DNA from: Candidatus Bathyarchaeota archaeon
GTDB taxonomy: Archaea > Thermoproteota > Bathyarchaeia > Bathyarchaeales > Bathycorpusculaceae
DNA length: 26,461 nucleotides
Direction of reading: 5' to 3'
Assembly: GCA_003601785.1 (NCBI GenBank)
Contig: PIYA01000001.1
Location: 1 to 26,461 of the forward strand
Within the stretch, counting starts at the first letter, position 1. Each line of letters starts with the position of its first letter. A program made the position numbers and the translations under genes. Below, piece by piece: positions 23,975 through 26,461 of the stretch. The notes beneath the pieces were generated by a model. The model was not told where the DNA came from. It saw only the letters and a list, made by a program, of their open reading frames with translations, and ran no database searches.

Positions 23975-25302
23975 AGCTTTCCGCTCTTTCTGAGAAACTC
24001 TTCCAAAATCTGCTCAAGAGTGGTTGGACCCAAAACTTTGAGTTCATACTTCACCCGCACGGTTGGCTTATCAATGGTCATAACCCTTCTCAAGTCGATA
24101 GGTGTTCCAATCACGACTGTGTCGCATGGTGTTTTGTCGATTGTTTCCTTCAGCTCAGCTATCTGTCTTTCACCGTAGCCAACAGCTGGAAGAATTGCTC
24201 CTAGATGCGTGTATTTCTTGTAAGTTTCCTTTATAGAACCCACAGCGTACGGTCGGGGATCAACAATTTCGCTTGCACCAAGCTTTTTAGATATTATCGC
24301 CCCTGCACCATAGGGCATGTTCCCATGAGTTAACGTTGGTCCGTCTTCGATAACCAAAACCTTTTTCCCTTTTATCAGTTCTGGCCTATCAGCGGTTATT
24401 GGTGACGCTGCCTCTAAGATTTTCGCGTTTGGATTAACCATCCTTATGTTTTCCTTAACCGCCTCCACGTTCTTCGGGTCTGCGGTGTCAACCTTGTTGA
24501 TTATCACCACATTTGCCATTCGCAGGTTTGTCTCTCCCGGATAATAGGTAAGCTCGTTTCCAGCTCTGTGGGGGTCAGCGACAACTATGTGCAAATCCGA
24601 CTTGTAAAAGGGTAAGTCGTTGTTTCCCCCATCCCAAACTATAACGTCCGCTTCTTTCTCTGCTTCCCTCAGAATCTCTCCATAGTCAACTCCCGCGTAG
24701 ACTATTATGCCGTTGTCAATGTGCGGTTCGTATTCTTCCCTTTCCTCAATTGTACATTTATACTTGTCTAGGTCTTCATAAGAAGCAAACCGCTCACAGA
24801 TTTGTTCCCTTAAATCGCCGTAGGGCATTGGATGTCTGATGACAACAACCTTTAAACCCTTGCTTCGTAAGATTTTTGCAACTTGTCTTGAGGTTTGACT
24901 TTTACCTGAACCCGTTCTAACGGCGCAAACGGAGACAAGGGGAACCTTAGCCTTCAGCATTGTCGTTTTCGGTCCCATCAAACGGAAATCCGCACCGTTA
25001 GCTAATGCCACAGAAGCCTTATGCATAACATACTCATGGGAAACATCACTGTACGCAAAGACAACTTGGTCCACATCAAATTCCTTTATCAGTCTCGGCA
25101 GTTCCTCTTCCGGGTAAATCGGTATACCGTTCGGATAGTTCGGTCCTGCAAGTTCCGGCGGATACGTTCTACCCTCTATCCCCGGAATCTGGGTTGCTGT
25201 GAAGGCTACAACCTCATAGGCATCGTTGTTTCTGAAATAAACATTGAAGTTGTGGAAGTCTCTGCCAGCTGCACCCATTATAATAACTTTAATCTTTTGC
25301 AA
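23971..25302 (-). CDS. COG2403 P-loop enzyme, arginine synthetase ArcE-like (often auto-annotated as cyclic 2,3-diphosphoglycerate synthase or GTPase)
   Basis: IMGAAGRDFHNFN, AFTATQIP, Walker A AVRTGSGKS, RHPMPYGDL, TIEEREEYEPH, WDGGNND, INKVD and EDGPTLTHG. Likely start TTG 25302 after AGGAGA (track start 25356). Confidence 0.8.
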   Translation of the reverse strand: MQKIKVIIMGAAGRDFHNFNVYFRNNDAYEVVAFTATQIPGIEGRTYPPELAGPNYPNGIPIYPEEELPRLIKEFDVDQVVFAYSDVSHEYVMHKASVALANGADFRLMGPKTTMLKAKVPLVSVCAVRTGSGKSQTSRQVAKILRSKGLKVVVIRHPMPYGDLREQICERFASYEDLDKYKCTIEEREEYEPHIDNGIIVYAGVDYGEILREAEKEADVIVWDGGNNDLPFYKSDLHIVVADPHRAGNELTYYPGETNLRMANVVIINKVDTADPKNVEAVKENIRMVNPNAKILEAASPITADRPELIKGKKVLVIEDGPTLTHGNMPYGAGAIISKKLGASEIVDPRPYAVGSIKETYKKYTHLGAILPAVGYGERQIAELKETIDKTPCDTVVIGTPIDLRRVMTIDKPTVRVKYELKVLGPTTLEQILEEFLRKSGKL

Positions 25303-25384
25303 CGATTGTTCTCTCCTAAAACTCCCTTTTAAGGGAAAATCAATAATCTCAGTCATCGCATATAAACCTTAACGTGGAAAAGGG

Positions 25385-26461
25385 TTATTTTAAGATTTCA
25401 AGAACTGATTCGGCTATGAAATCTGTTTGTTCCTTTGTGACGCCAGGATGAACGGGTAGTGAGAAGACTTGGTTTGCAGCTTTCTCCGTTTCTGGAAGCT
25501 TATACTTTCCAAATTTTCTGTAATATGGCATGAGATGTATAGGGTTTCTGTAATAAACTTCTGCGCCTATCCCTCTCTTGTGTAATTTTTCAACAATTTT
25601 GTCTCTTCTTGTTTTCTTAGCATTTTTAAGCCTAACAGTGTAAAGATACCAACTATGTCTGTAGCCTTTCGGTTCCTTTGGCAGTTGTAACTTGTTGTTC
25701 TCCTTAAGTTTTGCAGTTAATCTTCTCGCGTTTTCACGTCTCTTTGCAAGAAACTTTGGCAGTTTCTTTAACTGTACACAGCCTATCGCCGCTTGAATTT
25801 CTGGCATGTGATAGTTGTGTCCAAGCATAAGTGACTTGTACTTTTCCTTCTCTCCATGGCTTCTCAAAGCTCGAAGTTTTTCAGCAGTTTCATCGCTGTT
25901 CGTTGTAACCATGCCCCCTTCACCCGTGGTCATGTTCTTGCTTGCATAGAAGCTCCAACACGCCATGTCGGAAAAGACTCCGACAGGTTTTCCCTTGTAG
26001 GTTGCGCCATGGGCTTGAGCTGCATCCTCGATGATGGCTAATCCGTGTTTGTCGGCTATCTCTCTTATAACCTTCATGTCGCAGGGCAAGCCGTACAAAT
26101 CCACAGATATTATAGCCTTCGTCTTCTTTGTTACGATTTTTCCGATTTTCTCCGGGTCAACGTTGTACGTTTCAGGGTTTATGTCAACAAACACGGGCTT
26201 AGCTCTGTTCATGGCAACCACCTCAGCTGTTGAGACAAAGGTGAAGCTTGGCAAAATAACCTCGTCGCCCTGTTTGATTCCAGCCGCTGTAACCGCTAAG
26301 TGTAGGGCTGCTGTTCCGCTGTTCACCGCTATCGCATGCTTAGCTTTCACAAATCTTGCGAAGGCTTTCTCAAATTTTGTGACCATGGGACCAGCGCCGA
26401 GTCCATGAGTGATCACACCGCTTTTCATAACTTTGACAACCGCTTCTATTTCTTCTTCTCC
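25385..26461 (-). CDS. DegT/DnrJ/EryC1/StrS-family sugar aminotransferase (5'-truncated by the window edge)
   Basis: NSGTAALH, IIEDAAQAHGA, SFYASKNMTTGEGG (PLP lysine) and SLPVHP. The frame stays open to the window end (GEEEIEAVVKV upstream of ATG 26428). Confidence 0.93.
   Translation of the reverse strand, partial: GEEEIEAVVKVMKSGVITHGLGAGPMVTKFEKAFARFVKAKHAIAVNSGTAALHLAVTAAGIKQGDEVILPSFTFVSTAEVVAMNRAKPVFVDINPETYNVDPEKIGKIVTKKTKAIISVDLYGLPCDMKVIREIADKHGLAIIEDAAQAHGATYKGKPVGVFSDMACWSFYASKNMTTGEGGMVTTNSDETAEKLRALRSHGEKEKYKSLMLGHNYHMPEIQAAIGCVQLKKLPKFLAKRRENARRLTAKLKENNKLQLPKEPKGYRHSWYLYTVRLKNAKKTRRDKIVEKLHKRGIGAEVYYRNPIHLMPYYRKFGKYKLPETEKAANQVFSLPVHPGVTKEQTDFIAESVLEILK

Noticed and set aside
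1076-26408. Numerous 60-225 aa ORFs in the track overlapping the called genes (e.g. 1680-2045, 6328-6840, 9701-10375, 14481-14936, 15242-15673, 22393-22620, 25021-25332)
   Set aside because: They are antisense or alternate-frame shadows of genes with clear family motifs, and have no recognisable motifs of their own.
1-26461. tRNA, rRNA, CRISPR arrays, IS elements, integrases, inteins, tandem repeats
   Set aside because: None seen. Intergenic gaps are at most about 180 nt and show no such signatures, and the recognised proteins are near expected lengths.

Overview
Gene-dense archaeal housekeeping region, most likely from a Bathyarchaeia (TACK) genome. This taxon call is an inference from the co-occurrence of an HMf-type histone, ribosomal proteins S25e, S17e and S15/S13e, a TFE-beta/RPC34 orthologue, split Kae1/Bud32 and GGTGA-type ribosome-binding sites. 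About 31 CDS tile the window. From left to right: an AT-rich PEF-CTERM-like surface glycoprotein gene; a minus-strand run of nucleotidyltransferase-kae1-bud32-VOC-rdgB, then rps15-recJ/DHH-pcc1; a tfeB-rlmE-DUF4152-SpoIIM-like run; nadC; a GT28-like glycosyltransferase with AMMECR1; a Thr1->Ala (probably inactive) proteasome beta subunit; ogt; NMN adenylyltransferase; a DUF62 SAM hydrolase; an ECF S-component-like protein; a glycerate kinase-ubiquitin-like(-AG)-CofE operon divergent from gyaR and a class I aminotransferase; an orphan HEPN-like protein; rps17e; tatD; histone; rps25e; a conserved hypothetical; a cyclophilin-like protein; a COG2403 P-loop protein resembling arginine synthetase ArcE; and a 5'-truncated DegT-family aminotransferase. 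I saw no tRNA, rRNA, CRISPR array, IS element or integrase. No new system can be proven from sequence alone. The best leads are the Ubl(-AG)/CofE/glycerate kinase operon, the ArcE-like enzyme without its usual partner genes, the TFE-beta operon, a hidden 29-codon CTG-start ORF heading the kae1 operon, and the low-GC surface protein. Family calls are by motif recognition from memory, not database searches.
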